Source: Candidatus Zixiibacteriota bacterium (GTDB lineage: Bacteria > Zixibacteria > MSB-5A5 > GN15 > JACZUZ01). Taken from it: 64,000 nt of DNA. Shown in pieces: positions 45,901-55,325 of the stretch; the stretch's first letter is position 1, and every line of letters starts with the position of its first letter. The position numbers were made by a program, and so were the translations under genes. The DNA lies in NCBI GenBank assembly GCA_024280835.1, contig JAJRPJ010000018.1:5390-69389 (forward strand). The letters are read 5' to 3'. The notes beneath the pieces were generated by a model, which was not told the DNA's origin, did not search any database, and worked only from the letters and a program-made list of their open reading frames with translations.

Positions 45901-46455
45901 GTCGAGCCCGTAGTCGGAACCAACTTTCAAATGTGCCGATTGTCGCGACAATTCCTTTGGCGAGATTGTCGGCTCCAGCATGGCCTTCAGCGAAGCGATG
46001 TACACTCCCGCTGATTTGTTTTTCATCGCCGCCAGCGCTGAGATACGACGACCAAGCATTTCTCCTGACGGAGCGGAAAAGTCATAGGGATGAACACCGA
46101 GAGATGGAAAATGGTGTGTTTCTTTGGCACAGGGTAAGAACTCAAGGTCTTGTGCTAGAGAAAATCCATCCTCTGGTTGCGCGCAGATGTAGAGCAGGGG
46201 CTTGTTTAGTTCACTAAGAAACGAATTGAGTAAGAATGCTCTAGCCGAACCTACCAGACCACTGACTGATAGCGTAAAGCGTCCAGCGCCCTCAGAGGCT
46301 CGGGCGCGACTGACCAGTTGCTGCACATTGACTGAGTTCGTAAAACGCTCTGCAAAGGCATCCAAGCCTGGATCACCTGCCTTGCGAGTTTGAAAAGTCA
46401 TCGATATTTGAGTGTCGGTCATAGAAAACAATTTATCGTAAGTGGGCGCTTTCAA
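42961..46455 (-). CDS. mfd: transcription-repair coupling factor
   Basis: 1164 aa. It has a CarD/RID region (HTEYGVARYLGL), SF2 helicase motifs (GDVGFGKTEVA, DEEQRFGV, TATPIPRT, QLRGRVGRS) and a TRG-like region. Confidence 0.95.
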   Translation of the reverse strand: MKAPTYDKLFSMTDTQISMTFQTRKAGDPGLDAFAERFTNSVNVQQLVSRARASEGAGRFTLSVSGLVGSARAFLLNSFLSELNKPLLYICAQPEDGFSLAQDLEFLPCAKETHHFPSLGVHPYDFSAPSGEMLGRRISALAAMKNKSAGVYIASLKAMLEPTISPKELSRQSAHLKVGSDYGLDELAEFLVGLGFRRAANVEEVGDFSLRGGLIDFFSPGSTSPLRVEFFGDTVDSIRTFDVGDQRTRDRLQECHLLPRRECFYPTEKVETFLESVSPDEDEILRSRFVNDPEAPGLEWLSSAFGGSQASALEHFPQNGIIVTDNLEALKEEAKEIFQDGVKRQERMEISLPSLSGLKPFYSIPEELLAQSESRSKIDIRLFRGAASDVIDLGCQEPPPIVAKMEKLAEVVSAYRVAGITYVICADNLGQSERLTDLIRDNVPGEDPQVVVALLQGGFFLPDAKFSILTDHQIFKSAYRRRKRKYFKEGVTISSYTNLEPRDYVVHTEYGVARYLGLETITLDGRHRDCLSLQYAKSDKLFVPIEEFNRVSKYGGKDAAPSLSILGAQGWEKLKNRAKKSIEEMAERLVRLYAERKANPGHAFGPDTTWMRELEASFPYEETEGQLKAIVMVKKDMEKESPMDRLICGDVGFGKTEVAVRAALKCIEDGKQVAVLVPTTILAQQHYNTFKERLKSFPLRIDMMSRFRTAKEMKISEEGVKSGKVDVLIGTQRILNKKVVFRDLGLLVVDEEQRFGVKHKERLREFRANVDTITLTATPIPRTLQMSLSGARDMSLISSSPKGRLPITTVVSEFTAEIIVEAVLREIDRDGQVFFVHNRVQTMPAVQEYLKRLLPQVSMLVGHGQMPERQLEKVMMDFVDKKAQMLLCTSIIESGLDIPNVNTIILDRADRFGMAQLYQLRGRVGRSSEQAYSYLLTPGYRRMTEDARRRLKAIESHTELGSGFALAMRDLEIRGAGNMLGARQSGFIDEIGFDMYTKLLEEAVAELRGEASSALPEVTLETDYELHLPITYIDVKQHKVDIYRRLAQAKNLTQVWRIRDEMIDRYGRPPQPAENLIEATSVKILVAELGVEKVRVKSGKVELHFEATKALGRSDIERLRQAIEEHMEFSFSPHAKIVIDHRAVSEDDRLHHLRLELEKVGKDN

Positions 46456-46748
46456 CTCCTATCTGCCCAAAATGCAATTACCTAACATTAGGAGGGCAGA
46501 CTCTGATTGTCGACCAGAAACTACTCCACAAAACCACTATGTCAAGCTCTGGAGGTTTCGACAGTCTTTCTGCTGGATTGACGCTTGCGATTGCAATGTT
46601 TCGGATATAGATTTGGCTCCAGAAGGCTTGGCAAGTGTACAATCCCATGTCGCCAGAGTCTTTTGAAGACCATACAGTCTTTTGACGACTACAAAGAAAG
46701 TCTATTGAAAATAAACTCCCTAAATCTCTCAACAGAAATCAAATTTCA

Positions 46749-48155
46749 ATGAAATTACTTAGTCAGAGCAATAACGGAAACGGTCCTATGAGATTCTTCT
46801 CAGGCAAGCGAGCGCTAGCGGTGTTTGGGGGCTTGATATTCTATCTGACTTTCTCGACTATGGAGGCCTACGGGTCTGGGGGCGAACAGGCCGAACAGGT
46901 AACCCAAACTCTACTGGGGTTGGTAGTCATCCTTCTGGCCGCCAAGCTGGGTGGTGATTTGTTTGAACGCCTGAATCAACCTGCTGTCCTTGGCGAACTA
47001 ATTATTGGAATTTTTCTTGGCAATTTATCTTTGCTTGGTATTGATGGTGTTGAGCCGCTCAAACACTCTTTGCCTCTGGAAGTCCTTGCAGAAATCGGTA
47101 TTATTATACTGCTTTTCCAGGTTGGACTTGAATCATCTATCAAAGAAATGCTCTCAGTCGGCGCGACATCCTTCATGGTTGCCTTAGCTGGTGTCCTAGC
47201 GCCATTTTTCCTCGGCTGGGGAGTCTCGGTTTACTTCTACCCTGAAAGTGATTTGCTGATTCACCTCTTTATCGGCGCAACATTGACAGCAACATCAGTC
47301 GGAATAACCGCGCGTGTACTCAAAGATTTACACAAGAGCACCACCAAAGAAGCCAAAGTAATTTTGGGCGCCGCTGTTATCGATGACATCATGGGACTCA
47401 TAATTCTTGCAGTCATACAGGGCGTTATCCTAGCCAAAAACCAAGGCGGCGAATTGGCCTCTTCGGAAATCTTGATTATTTGTCTCAAGGCAGTCGGGTT
47501 TATCGTCGGCGCTCTGGCCATCGGCCACTATCTCTCACCAAAGATATTTTTTGTAGTCAAGGGCATGAGAGTCTCTGGCGTTCTGCTCTCAGTAGCTTTG
47601 TTCATTTGTTTCGGCTTGGCGTGGGTAGCGGCCATAATAGGTCTGGCTCCGATTGTCGGAGCGTTTGCAGCTGGACTGATTCTCGATGAAGTTCATTATC
47701 AAGTCCATCCAACTTTCAAAGACTTCTCTATAGACAAACTGATAGACCCGATTGCAGTTTTTCTTGTGCCGATATTCTTTGTGCGGATGGGCATGATGGT
47801 CGATGTCACACATTTCGGCAAGATGGAGGTCTTGGCTTTCGCTGGTGCTTTGACTCTTGTCGCTTTCATCGGTAAACAAGTCTGTGGGGTGGTTATTCGA
47901 GATAAGTCAATTAGCAAAATGTCTGTCGGTTTGGGCATGGTTCCCAGAGGCGAAGTCGGGCTCATATTCGCTGGAATCGGAGCCACCTTGGTTCTTGCGG
48001 GTGAAAGTGTGATTTCCCCTGAAGTCTATTCGGCAGTTGTGATTATGGTTATGGTCACAACCTTGGTCACGCCCCCAGCCTTGAAATGGAGCTTGATGAA
48101 ATCCGAAGACAAAAAAGTAACCACCGAAACTCAGACTGAGACACCTTCAAGCTAA
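46749..48155 (+). CDS. cation:proton antiporter (CPA2 / Kef-type Na_H_Exchanger family)
   Basis: LLAAKLGGDLFERLNQPAVLGELIIGIFLG is the hallmark N-terminal motif, and the protein is polytopic throughout. Confidence 0.85.
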   Translation: MKLLSQSNNGNGPMRFFSGKRALAVFGGLIFYLTFSTMEAYGSGGEQAEQVTQTLLGLVVILLAAKLGGDLFERLNQPAVLGELIIGIFLGNLSLLGIDGVEPLKHSLPLEVLAEIGIIILLFQVGLESSIKEMLSVGATSFMVALAGVLAPFFLGWGVSVYFYPESDLLIHLFIGATLTATSVGITARVLKDLHKSTTKEAKVILGAAVIDDIMGLIILAVIQGVILAKNQGGELASSEILIICLKAVGFIVGALAIGHYLSPKIFFVVKGMRVSGVLLSVALFICFGLAWVAAIIGLAPIVGAFAAGLILDEVHYQVHPTFKDFSIDKLIDPIAVFLVPIFFVRMGMMVDVTHFGKMEVLAFAGALTLVAFIGKQVCGVVIRDKSISKMSVGLGMVPRGEVGLIFAGIGATLVLAGESVISPEVYSAVVIMVMVTTLVTPPALKWSLMKSEDKKVTTETQTETPSS

Positions 48156-48291
48156 AGGGGCTTGCAGTAATTGAGCTTGACATACCTCAAGAGAGTGACT
48201 TTAAGAAGAGTGGCTCCAGTGAGCGTTGTTTCAAAGAGAGTGGCTATGTATTGCGAAAGTTCTTGAAAAGTAATATTGATCGTCAGAACAA

Positions 48292-48320
48292 TTGACATCT
48301 CAATATTGGCGACGTATGTT
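48292..48320 (+). promoter_or_regulatory. candidate promoter of the tRNA gene
   Basis: TTGACA (48292-48297), 17-nt spacer, TATGTT (48315-48320). The tRNA 5' end lies 13 nt downstream. Confidence 0.4.
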
Positions 48321-48332
48321 TGTCGCCCTGAT

Positions 48333-48409
<77 letters not shown>

Positions 48410-48774
48410 ATAATGATTCTATTTAGATAATTCCTAAACATCTCAAATTGAGTTCAGTGGCAGATAACCAGCTTTTGGGTCTAGGGTGATAATCTTGACC
48501 ACATATAGCTAACTGTCCTCAGGCTCTTCCAATAACAATTACTCTGAAACTTGTTGCATTTCCCCAGTCTAGGTCCAGTCGAGTAACTGTGTATTTGCGG
48601 CGCTCAGGACCACCCTACTGTCTTGACTTGATTTTGACGCACGAAAAGGGTTTCATCTCTTTAGCAAGATGATCAATCTTCGATATTTCGAATATCTATC
48701 GAATGGCAATTGATTGTTGTACGACATTGGTAATTTGAAAAGACTATTAGACTCATAATTCGACCCACTACATC

Positions 48775-49899
48775 ATGGATACCGAACGCCCAAACCCACT
48801 ACAAACCTCTGTCGATTCCCAAGGGAAGTTGCAACTCATCAAGAAGCTTTTCTATCTCTCGGGAGTTTTGTATCTATTTATTCTGGCTATTACGCTCTTA
48901 GGCGCCTCGTTCAAACTGATGGGCGCCGATGTTGTCCATTCTCTTTTCAGCGCTGCTGAAAACCCGATGGTTGGACTAGCAATTGGAATCTTCGCTACCG
49001 CAGTTATTCAGTCCTCATCGACCACTACGGCAATAGTAGTTGGTTTGGTTGGCTCTGGGGGGTTAGGCTTTGTTACAGCAATCCCAATTATCATGGGAGC
49101 TAACGCTGGTACTTCGGTTACTAACACAATTGTCTCACTGGCAAGTATCAATCGCGGAGAGGATTTCAAGAGAGCGTTCGCTGGCTCAACGGTTCATGAT
49201 TTCTTTAATTTTTGCTCCATCACCTTGCTCCTTCCACTGGAAATTCAATTCGGCCTCATTTCTAAATCCGCGAAATTCATTGAACCCTTTGTGGCTGGTT
49301 CAGGTGGTCTGTCTTTCAAATCTCCATTGAAGATGATTACAAAGCCAGTTGTCGCACAGGTTATTGACGTCATCGGAAACACGGGCTGGCTGGCGGCCTT
49401 GATAGCGCTTGTGCTTCTATTCTTTTCATTACAATATCTGACCAAGATTATGCGTTCAATGATTATGTCCAATATTGAACAATTCTTTGAGCGCGTTATC
49501 TTCCGCAATGCCGCGCTGGGTTTTACACTCGGTATCATCCTGACAGTCCTAGTGCAGTCATCATCAATCACAACATCCTTGGTCGTGCCTTTGTTAGCCG
49601 CTGGAATCATTACGCTCCAACAAATCTATCCCTATGTCTTGGGAGCTAATATAGGAACAACCGTAACTGCCTTTCTAGCGGCTATAGCCACTGGTTCTCA
49701 TGCGGCCGTTGGTGTGGCCTTTGCGCATTTCCTATTTAATGTCTATGGCACAGCTGTTTTTTGGCCCTTGAAGCGAATACCTATTTTCTTAGCCGAACGA
49801 CTAGCGGAATACTCCCAGAAGTCACGAGTTATTCCGATACTATATATTTTGATTCTATTTTTTGTTCTTCCTGGAACATTAATTTCTATGACGAGGTAA
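48775..49899 (+). CDS. Na/Pi cotransporter family protein (NptA/YjbB-like, transporter domain only)
   Basis: The duplicated signature AVIQSSSTTTAIVVGLV and LVQSSSITTSLVVPLL is typical of Na_Pi_cotrans. Confidence 0.85.
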   Translation: MDTERPNPLQTSVDSQGKLQLIKKLFYLSGVLYLFILAITLLGASFKLMGADVVHSLFSAAENPMVGLAIGIFATAVIQSSSTTTAIVVGLVGSGGLGFVTAIPIIMGANAGTSVTNTIVSLASINRGEDFKRAFAGSTVHDFFNFCSITLLLPLEIQFGLISKSAKFIEPFVAGSGGLSFKSPLKMITKPVVAQVIDVIGNTGWLAALIALVLLFFSLQYLTKIMRSMIMSNIEQFFERVIFRNAALGFTLGIILTVLVQSSSITTSLVVPLLAAGIITLQQIYPYVLGANIGTTVTAFLAAIATGSHAAVGVAFAHFLFNVYGTAVFWPLKRIPIFLAERLAEYSQKSRVIPILYILILFFVLPGTLISMTR

Positions 49900-49908
49900 C
49901 AAGAGATC

Positions 49909-50580
49909 ATGCTGGAAAAATATACTGAGCTGTTCCATAAACATAACCTACTTGATGAAGCTGTTGGCTTGACCCTTAAGATGCTGGAGATTGATGCCAA
50001 GATGTATCATATTGCGCAAGAAAGTTTGCGAGATTCAGACACAGCAGAACTGCAGGACGATCTCAAAAAAATGGATCGGCGAGTCAATAAGCATCTCAGA
50101 GATGTTCGCCGCAAAGTCTTAACTCATCTAACTGTCGCTGGTACGGCCAATTTGGTGCCTGGGCTAGTCCTGGCCTCAATCGTGATTGATGTTGAGCGTA
50201 TTGGGGACTATGCCAAGAACATAGTTGGCTTGGCGCGCCAACATCCCAAACGTCTAAAGGGACAAAAATACGAAAGTGACTTGAAGAAAATCGAAGATTT
50301 CATATCTCCGAACTTTGAGCGTGTGGCGCTGACACTTTCCGAGAAGGATATTTCCATTGGGCGGGAAGTTATGAAGGCCGAGGTAGAGATCGGAAACCTT
50401 TGTGACAAGATTGTCGACCAATTGTTGACTGATCCGTCAGAAGATTTATCAAGAACAAATGTTGTCGCTATCGCTTTGTATGTGCGCTTCCTAAAACGCA
50501 TAAACTCGCATTTGACAAATGTTGCCAGCGCTATTGTTAACCCTTTTCCGAGAATTAGTTTTAGAGAAAAAGAGAAATAG
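49909..50580 (+). CDS. PhoU-domain protein associated with the Na/Pi cotransporter
   Basis: VIDVERIGDYAKNIVGLA and FLKRINSHLTNVASAI are PhoU-like repeat helices. The gene starts 9 nt after the cotransporter gene. Confidence 0.8.
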   Translation: MLEKYTELFHKHNLLDEAVGLTLKMLEIDAKMYHIAQESLRDSDTAELQDDLKKMDRRVNKHLRDVRRKVLTHLTVAGTANLVPGLVLASIVIDVERIGDYAKNIVGLARQHPKRLKGQKYESDLKKIEDFISPNFERVALTLSEKDISIGREVMKAEVEIGNLCDKIVDQLLTDPSEDLSRTNVVAIALYVRFLKRINSHLTNVASAIVNPFPRISFREKEK

Positions 50581-50824
50581 CCGTTGCATTGTCAAGCTCT
50601 CGATGAAGTCTGGCCACATGTATACTTCATTTCACTAATAGAGATACACTTGATACGCAATAATTACTGTCTGTAGCACAAGCGTGCTTACTGCTGTTTT
50701 GTATCATTCTAAACACAAACTTTCTATCCTCTTCAAACTGCAGTCTCTTCAACAATATAGTCTTGCATCACTTTCTTGCCCTATTTGATGATTTCAACAT
50801 TCGGGGATGGTCGTGACACCTCTC

Positions 50825-50853
50825 TTGACATAATTGACGCGGGCGCCTAATAT
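50825..50853 (+). promoter_or_regulatory. candidate sigma70-like promoter upstream of the methyltransferase gene
   Basis: TTGACA (50825-50830), 17-nt spacer, TAATAT (50848-50853). This would imply a ~160-nt leader. Pattern match only. Confidence 0.3.
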
Positions 50854-51018
50854 GGACTGTCTGACTCGATGGAATTGACTGTCATTAGATGAGCTTGCTA
50901 TTAAGAAAGAGCAACTATTTTCATGTACATTTATTCTAACCATGACAAATTGTAATTAGCGCAAAACACTGTTCCTACCACTACTATCCTATTTCTCAAA
51001 CCTTGAAAGGCCTCAACC

Positions 51019-52119
51019 ATGTCAGAGAATTCAACCGCCCCGCTCAACGCTGCAACGAATCCAAATGATATCAATATGGACAAGCTCCAAGAGTTCATGG
51101 GTAAACTAGTAGTAGATTATGGAGCGGCCGTAACGGGCACTATGGTAGTCCTTGGTGACAAACTTGGCTTGTATAAGAAACTTTCAATCGATGGTCCTCT
51201 TGATTCAAAGGAGCTTGCCCAAAAGACAGGCACCCATGAGCGCTATATTCGTGAATGGCTTGCCAATCAAGCTGCCTCTGGATACATCACTTATGACGGC
51301 GACAGCGAAAAGTTTTTTATGACACCTGAGCAATCTTGGGGATTGGCCAATGAGGATAGCCCTGTATTTCTCGCGGGAGGTTTTCACAGTCTCATTTCCT
51401 TATATGCCGACGAGGCAAATATCACTGAGGCCTACAAATCAGGCGAAGGTGTTGACTGGGGCGCACACAATGGTTGCTTGTTCTGTGGTACAGAAAAATT
51501 ATTTAAGACTTCATACAAAGCGCATTTGACCGAGGAGTGGCTGCCATCGCTCAATGGTGTAATTGACAAACTCACTAACGGGGGAAAAGTCGCGGATGTC
51601 GGCTGTGGCTATGGCGCCTCGACTATCATCATGGCGACGAAATTTCCCAAGTCGACATTTGTGGGTATTGATCTGCATGGCCCGTCAATCGATGCGGCGC
51701 GTGAACGCGCTAAAGAGGCAGGTGTAACGAATGTTAGTTTTGAAGTCAGCTCGGCTCAAGAATACAAAGCTGACGGTCTTGATTTGGTTTGTTTCTTTGA
51801 TTGCCTGCATGATATGGGAGACCCTGTTGGCGCAGTTGCGAATGTGAAGCGCTCACTCAATGATGACGGAACTTTGATGGTGGTTGAACCATTTGCACAG
51901 GATGATCTTGCGGGCAATCTCAATCCGCTGGGACGCTTGTACTATGGCTTCTCAGCGCAGGTTTGTGTGCCTTGTTCGCTTTCACAGGATGTCGGCTTGG
52001 GGCTCGGAGCGCAGGCGGGCGAGAAACGAATCGGTGAAGTCATCAACGAAGGCGGACTTTCAAAATTCCGTCGTGCCACTGAGACACCTTTGAATTTGAT
52101 TTTCGAAGCCAGAAAATAG
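51019..52119 (+). CDS. class I SAM-dependent methyltransferase with N-terminal winged-helix/dimerisation domain (Rv2258c-like)
   Basis: Motif I VADVGCGYGASTIIMA, post-I VGIDLH, DLVCFFDCLHDMGDP. Confidence 0.8.
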   Translation: MSENSTAPLNAATNPNDINMDKLQEFMGKLVVDYGAAVTGTMVVLGDKLGLYKKLSIDGPLDSKELAQKTGTHERYIREWLANQAASGYITYDGDSEKFFMTPEQSWGLANEDSPVFLAGGFHSLISLYADEANITEAYKSGEGVDWGAHNGCLFCGTEKLFKTSYKAHLTEEWLPSLNGVIDKLTNGGKVADVGCGYGASTIIMATKFPKSTFVGIDLHGPSIDAARERAKEAGVTNVSFEVSSAQEYKADGLDLVCFFDCLHDMGDPVGAVANVKRSLNDDGTLMVVEPFAQDDLAGNLNPLGRLYYGFSAQVCVPCSLSQDVGLGLGAQAGEKRIGEVINEGGLSKFRRATETPLNLIFEARK

Positions 52120-52152
52120 ACGCTTTACGTTTACTGCAAATAAATATAGATC

Positions 52153-52210
52153 GGCGCACCTTATCGATTTAGATGGTTCAATCTAAATCGATAGATGCGC
52201 CGTTTTTTTT
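52153..52210 (+). terminator. rho-independent terminator of the methyltransferase gene
   Basis: A long imperfect hairpin, ggcgcaccttatcgatttagat / atctaaatcgatagatgcgcc (52153-52201), followed by T8. Confidence 0.75.
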
Positions 52211-52232
52211 GTTACGCAATAATCCAGTCTAC

Positions 52233-52396
52233 AGGGCTTATTGATAAAGCCCGAAACCGTTGCGTTGGGTCTTGCGACGGCGCTTTTTGCCGTTGTGTGA
52301 CCCGACGCTTTCCCTATGGAGACGTGTCGGGTCACAATTTTCAAAAAGCGAAAATCAAGACCCAACACAACAAATTGGACTTTATCAACAAGCCCT
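52233..52396. repeat. ~164-bp nested imperfect inverted repeat (four co-linear helices)
   Basis: Four arm pairs: agggcttattgataaa (52233-48) with tttatcaacaagccct (52381-96); gttgggtcttg (52264-74) with caagacccaac (52356-66); cgctttttg (52281-89) with caaaaagcg (52342-50); gtgacccgac (52297-306) with gtcgggtcac (52326-35). Confidence 0.6.
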
Positions 52397-52423
52397 ACTG
52401 GCGAGGACTAGGAAAGGAACAAT

Positions 52424-53089
52424 TTATGGCGCGTGCCATGTGTGGCCGAAGTCTTCAGTGGTCCAGCAAGAATCAAAGCTTTTCACCCCAGGCGGGAATA
52501 GGAAACCGCTACCTCTTTCATCAAGAATAACACCATCAATGACTAGGGCTTCTTTGGTTAAAGTATCATGTACGACTGAGATATTCCATGAGTAGCCACC
52601 ATTGGTAGTGATTGCGTAAAGAGTATCATAAAGCGCAAAGGCGATTTCTGCTGTGACAAATTCGGCATAGGTCTCATCAAGTAACTCTGGCTTCAGCGCT
52701 ATGACCTCAAAAACCGTAATCCATTCAGCATTTGACGTGGCTTGTGATGAAACCCGCAGACGTGGCGGACCGCCTGGAAGCTGATTGAATTCGGAACTAA
52801 TTTGCGCGCGTATAGGAAAGTCTCCTACAAATTCTTTGGAAACATCAACCTTCTCAATCACAAATGCGCTTTTCAGCCAATAGGCGAAGACAGTCAAGAG
52901 CAACGGAATACTGAAGCCAAAGACGATCACCGCCAGTCTGCGCAGTTGATAACGGCGTCTGGTATTGCTCATTTTGCGAAAAGAGTCAACCAAACGCACT
53001 GTGGCGCTTCGGTTGTCAGCGGGAGCGGCTAGGTCATGCTCGCGCAATTGCTCCTCAAGGGCTCTTATCGGATCTTGCTCTTCTGACAT
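52424..53089 (-). CDS. hypothetical single-pass membrane protein with BNR-like C-terminal motifs
   Basis: A charged N-terminus, the TM segment LAVIVFGFSIPLLLTVFAYWL, then TNGGYSW and EDFGHTW motifs. Confidence 0.5.
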   Translation of the reverse strand: MSEEQDPIRALEEQLREHDLAAPADNRSATVRLVDSFRKMSNTRRRYQLRRLAVIVFGFSIPLLLTVFAYWLKSAFVIEKVDVSKEFVGDFPIRAQISSEFNQLPGGPPRLRVSSQATSNAEWITVFEVIALKPELLDETYAEFVTAEIAFALYDTLYAITTNGGYSWNISVVHDTLTKEALVIDGVILDERGSGFLFPPGVKSFDSCWTTEDFGHTWHAP

Positions 53090-53604
53090 ATTCTTACTCG
53101 TTGAGTTTCTGTGGGCCCGAATCTATTCATAAACTCTGATCTCATTTTGAGTTATCAAACGACTCCACGAGAAAGTTCAATATCTCATCTTCTGAGGTCT
53201 CTGGAAAGAATAATCTATCATTGGGCTGTTTATTGCACTCCCCAAACTGGAACTTTGTTATGCCCCGAAACGTTAAAAAACTCATATCTGGCTCGAAATT
53301 CGAGGAATTGAGCTAGGCCAAACATGCTAGGAGCCAATTGCTCGCCTCTTTCTCTAGGGGAGTCTCAGAATAAGACGGTCAAATTGCCCAAACCTGTATT
53401 GCCTGAAATCATGGATAAGCGTATATTTACAAACGAGAACGGTACTCGTCTCTCGCAAAAAATTAAACAATGTCAGCGAAATAACTGAGATAACGACAAA
53501 GAGAACTTTGCGTAGCGTTGTTTTGTTGTTGTCTTCAAGATTGAATTAGCTGGCTGAGCGCCAATCGTAGTAACAGAATTGACAAGAAGGATACTGATAA
53601 CCAT

Positions 53605-54087
53605 ATGAGCCGCGAACCGATATACCTCTCAAAAAACGGCCGCATCAAACTCGAAACCGAACTGAAACGACTCAAATCTGTTGAGCGTCGCAGAATTGTC
53701 GGGGAGATTGAACGTGCAGCGAATATGGGCGATCTCAAAGAGAACGCCGAATATCATGCCGCCAAGGAAGAGCAAAAGCATGTTGAACGCAAGATCGGTG
53801 AGCTCGAAGATAAACTCTCGCGAGTGCGCTCTATTGACCTCGACAAAATACCCACTGACAAGGCCTACTTGTTTGCCAAAGTCAAAGTCCGTGATCTCGA
53901 CCGCAAAGAAGACATCACTTACTATCTAAAACCCGCCGAAGAAACTGATGTCGACAATGATGAGATTTCGGTAAAATCTCCAATCGGCGCTGGCCTGCTT
54001 GGCAAAGGTGTCGGCGATGAAGTTGAAATCATAATCCCTATCGGGAAGTTGCATTACAAGATTCTGGAGATTAGCCGCGACGAGTAG
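53605..54087 (+). CDS. greA: transcription elongation factor GreA
   Basis: LSKNGRIKLETELKRLK...EIERAANMGDLKENAEYHAAKEEQ...ISVKSPIGAGLLGKGVGDEVEI is the canonical GreA sequence. Length is 160 aa. Confidence 0.93.
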   Translation: MSREPIYLSKNGRIKLETELKRLKSVERRRIVGEIERAANMGDLKENAEYHAAKEEQKHVERKIGELEDKLSRVRSIDLDKIPTDKAYLFAKVKVRDLDRKEDITYYLKPAEETDVDNDEISVKSPIGAGLLGKGVGDEVEIIIPIGKLHYKILEISRDE

Positions 54088-54302
54088 GTAGCAGTAACAA
54101 TGCGCCGAAGGATATTCTTCTAGTTTGATAGTCATGATGATTGTACCAGTTTTCTGACTGTTTTATCAACTTTGCCCACTGCTCAACTGTAGACTACATA
54201 AGCGCCGTTTGCTTTTGCTGAAGCTTTTTAGAGGCCCAAGGCGAAGCATTTATCTATTGCGGAAGACAAAATATTAGCTATTGTATAGACGGAAGTTATC
54301 TG

Positions 54303-55325
54303 ATGGAAACAACAAAACAAGCACAAGTAATAGAAGATAAATCAATGATATATTTTAACGATATATGCGGCGCGATTGGTGACACACCGTTGGTGAAGAT
54401 TCGCAATCTCACCGCCGAGGCAGGTATCTCCTGTACCGTTTTGGCAAAACTTGAATTCATGAACCCAGGCGGTTCGGTCAAAGACCGTATGGCTGTATTT
54501 GTGATTGAAGATGCAATTGCCAATGGGTCACTGAAACCAGGCGGAACAATAATAGAAGCCACCTCGGGCAATACAGGGGCCGCTGTGGCGATGTTCGCTG
54601 CGGCGCATGGCTACAAAGCGCTTCTCACTGCTCCTGATAAAACATCACCAGAGAAACTCAATACATTGCGCGCATTCGGCGCCGAGGTAGTTGTTTGCAA
54701 AACTGATGTGCCTTCTGATTCACCTGATAATTACTATGAAACCGCAAAACGTTTGCATAGAGAACAGCCAGGGAGTTTTTTCCTTGAGCAATATCAGAAC
54801 GTCAAGAATATTGACGCGCACTATGAAACCACTGGCCCAGAAATCTGGAGACAAACTGAAGGCAAAATGACCTGCTTTGTTGGTGGCATCGGCACTGGCG
54901 GTACAGTTAGTGGTTGCGCTCGGTATTTCAAAGAGCAGGACCCGAATGTAGAAGTTGTCGCAGCAGATCCATTTGGCTCGATCTATTATCAATTTCACAA
55001 AGACGGTTCAGTCATTGAGCCAAGTACCTATTTGGTTGAGGGTATTGGCGAGGACATGATTTGTAAGTCGATGGACATGTCGACAATTGATAAGATTTAT
55101 CAGGTGACTGACCAAGAGTGCTTTGACGCCGCGCGCGCGATGACACGTAAAGAAGGTATCTTTGCAGGTGGTAGCTCTGGAGCGGCGATGAAAGTTGCTC
55201 TTGAACACGCCAAAACACTTCCAGCCGAGGCTGTGATGGTTGTTATACTGCCTGATAGCGGGGTTAAATATGTCAGTAAGATGTATAGCGACGATTGGAT
55301 GACCGAGAAAGGACTAAAATTTTGA
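54303..55325 (+). CDS. PLP-dependent cysteine synthase / cystathionine beta-synthase family enzyme (no CBS tail)
   Basis: TPLVKIRNL...KLEFMNPGGSVKDRMA...EATSGNTGAAVA...GGIGTGGT. Confidence 0.85.
   Translation: METTKQAQVIEDKSMIYFNDICGAIGDTPLVKIRNLTAEAGISCTVLAKLEFMNPGGSVKDRMAVFVIEDAIANGSLKPGGTIIEATSGNTGAAVAMFAAAHGYKALLTAPDKTSPEKLNTLRAFGAEVVVCKTDVPSDSPDNYYETAKRLHREQPGSFFLEQYQNVKNIDAHYETTGPEIWRQTEGKMTCFVGGIGTGGTVSGCARYFKEQDPNVEVVAADPFGSIYYQFHKDGSVIEPSTYLVEGIGEDMICKSMDMSTIDKIYQVTDQECFDAARAMTRKEGIFAGGSSGAAMKVALEHAKTLPAEAVMVVILPDSGVKYVSKMYSDDWMTEKGLKF

Noticed and set aside
48308-48327. Small hairpin ggcgac-gtatgttt-gtcgcc just upstream of the tRNA
   Set aside because: It has only a 6-bp stem and no T-run, and it overlaps the candidate -10 element. 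It is not convincing as a terminator or processing signal.
48410-48774. Possible genomic-island integration site downstream of the tRNA gene, including an inverted repeat GATATT-tcg-AATATC at 48682-48696
   Set aside because: There is no integrase, no direct repeat of the tRNA 3' end and no mobile genes downstream. The next genes are ordinary phosphate-transport genes. The small palindrome may be an operator, but I cannot support that.
52183-52595. Three overlapping ORFs (52195..52530+, 52260..52595+, 52183..52368-)
   Set aside because: They run through a terminator and the nested inverted repeat and have R/C/K-rich composition. They are better explained as non-coding palindromic DNA plus the antisense of gene 52424..53089.
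53090-53604. 515-bp gap upstream of greA, with a 66-aa track ORF (53111..53311)
   Set aside because: I found no recognisable RNA motif, strong hairpin or coding signal. It is probably divergent promoter or leader DNA, so it is not reported as a feature.
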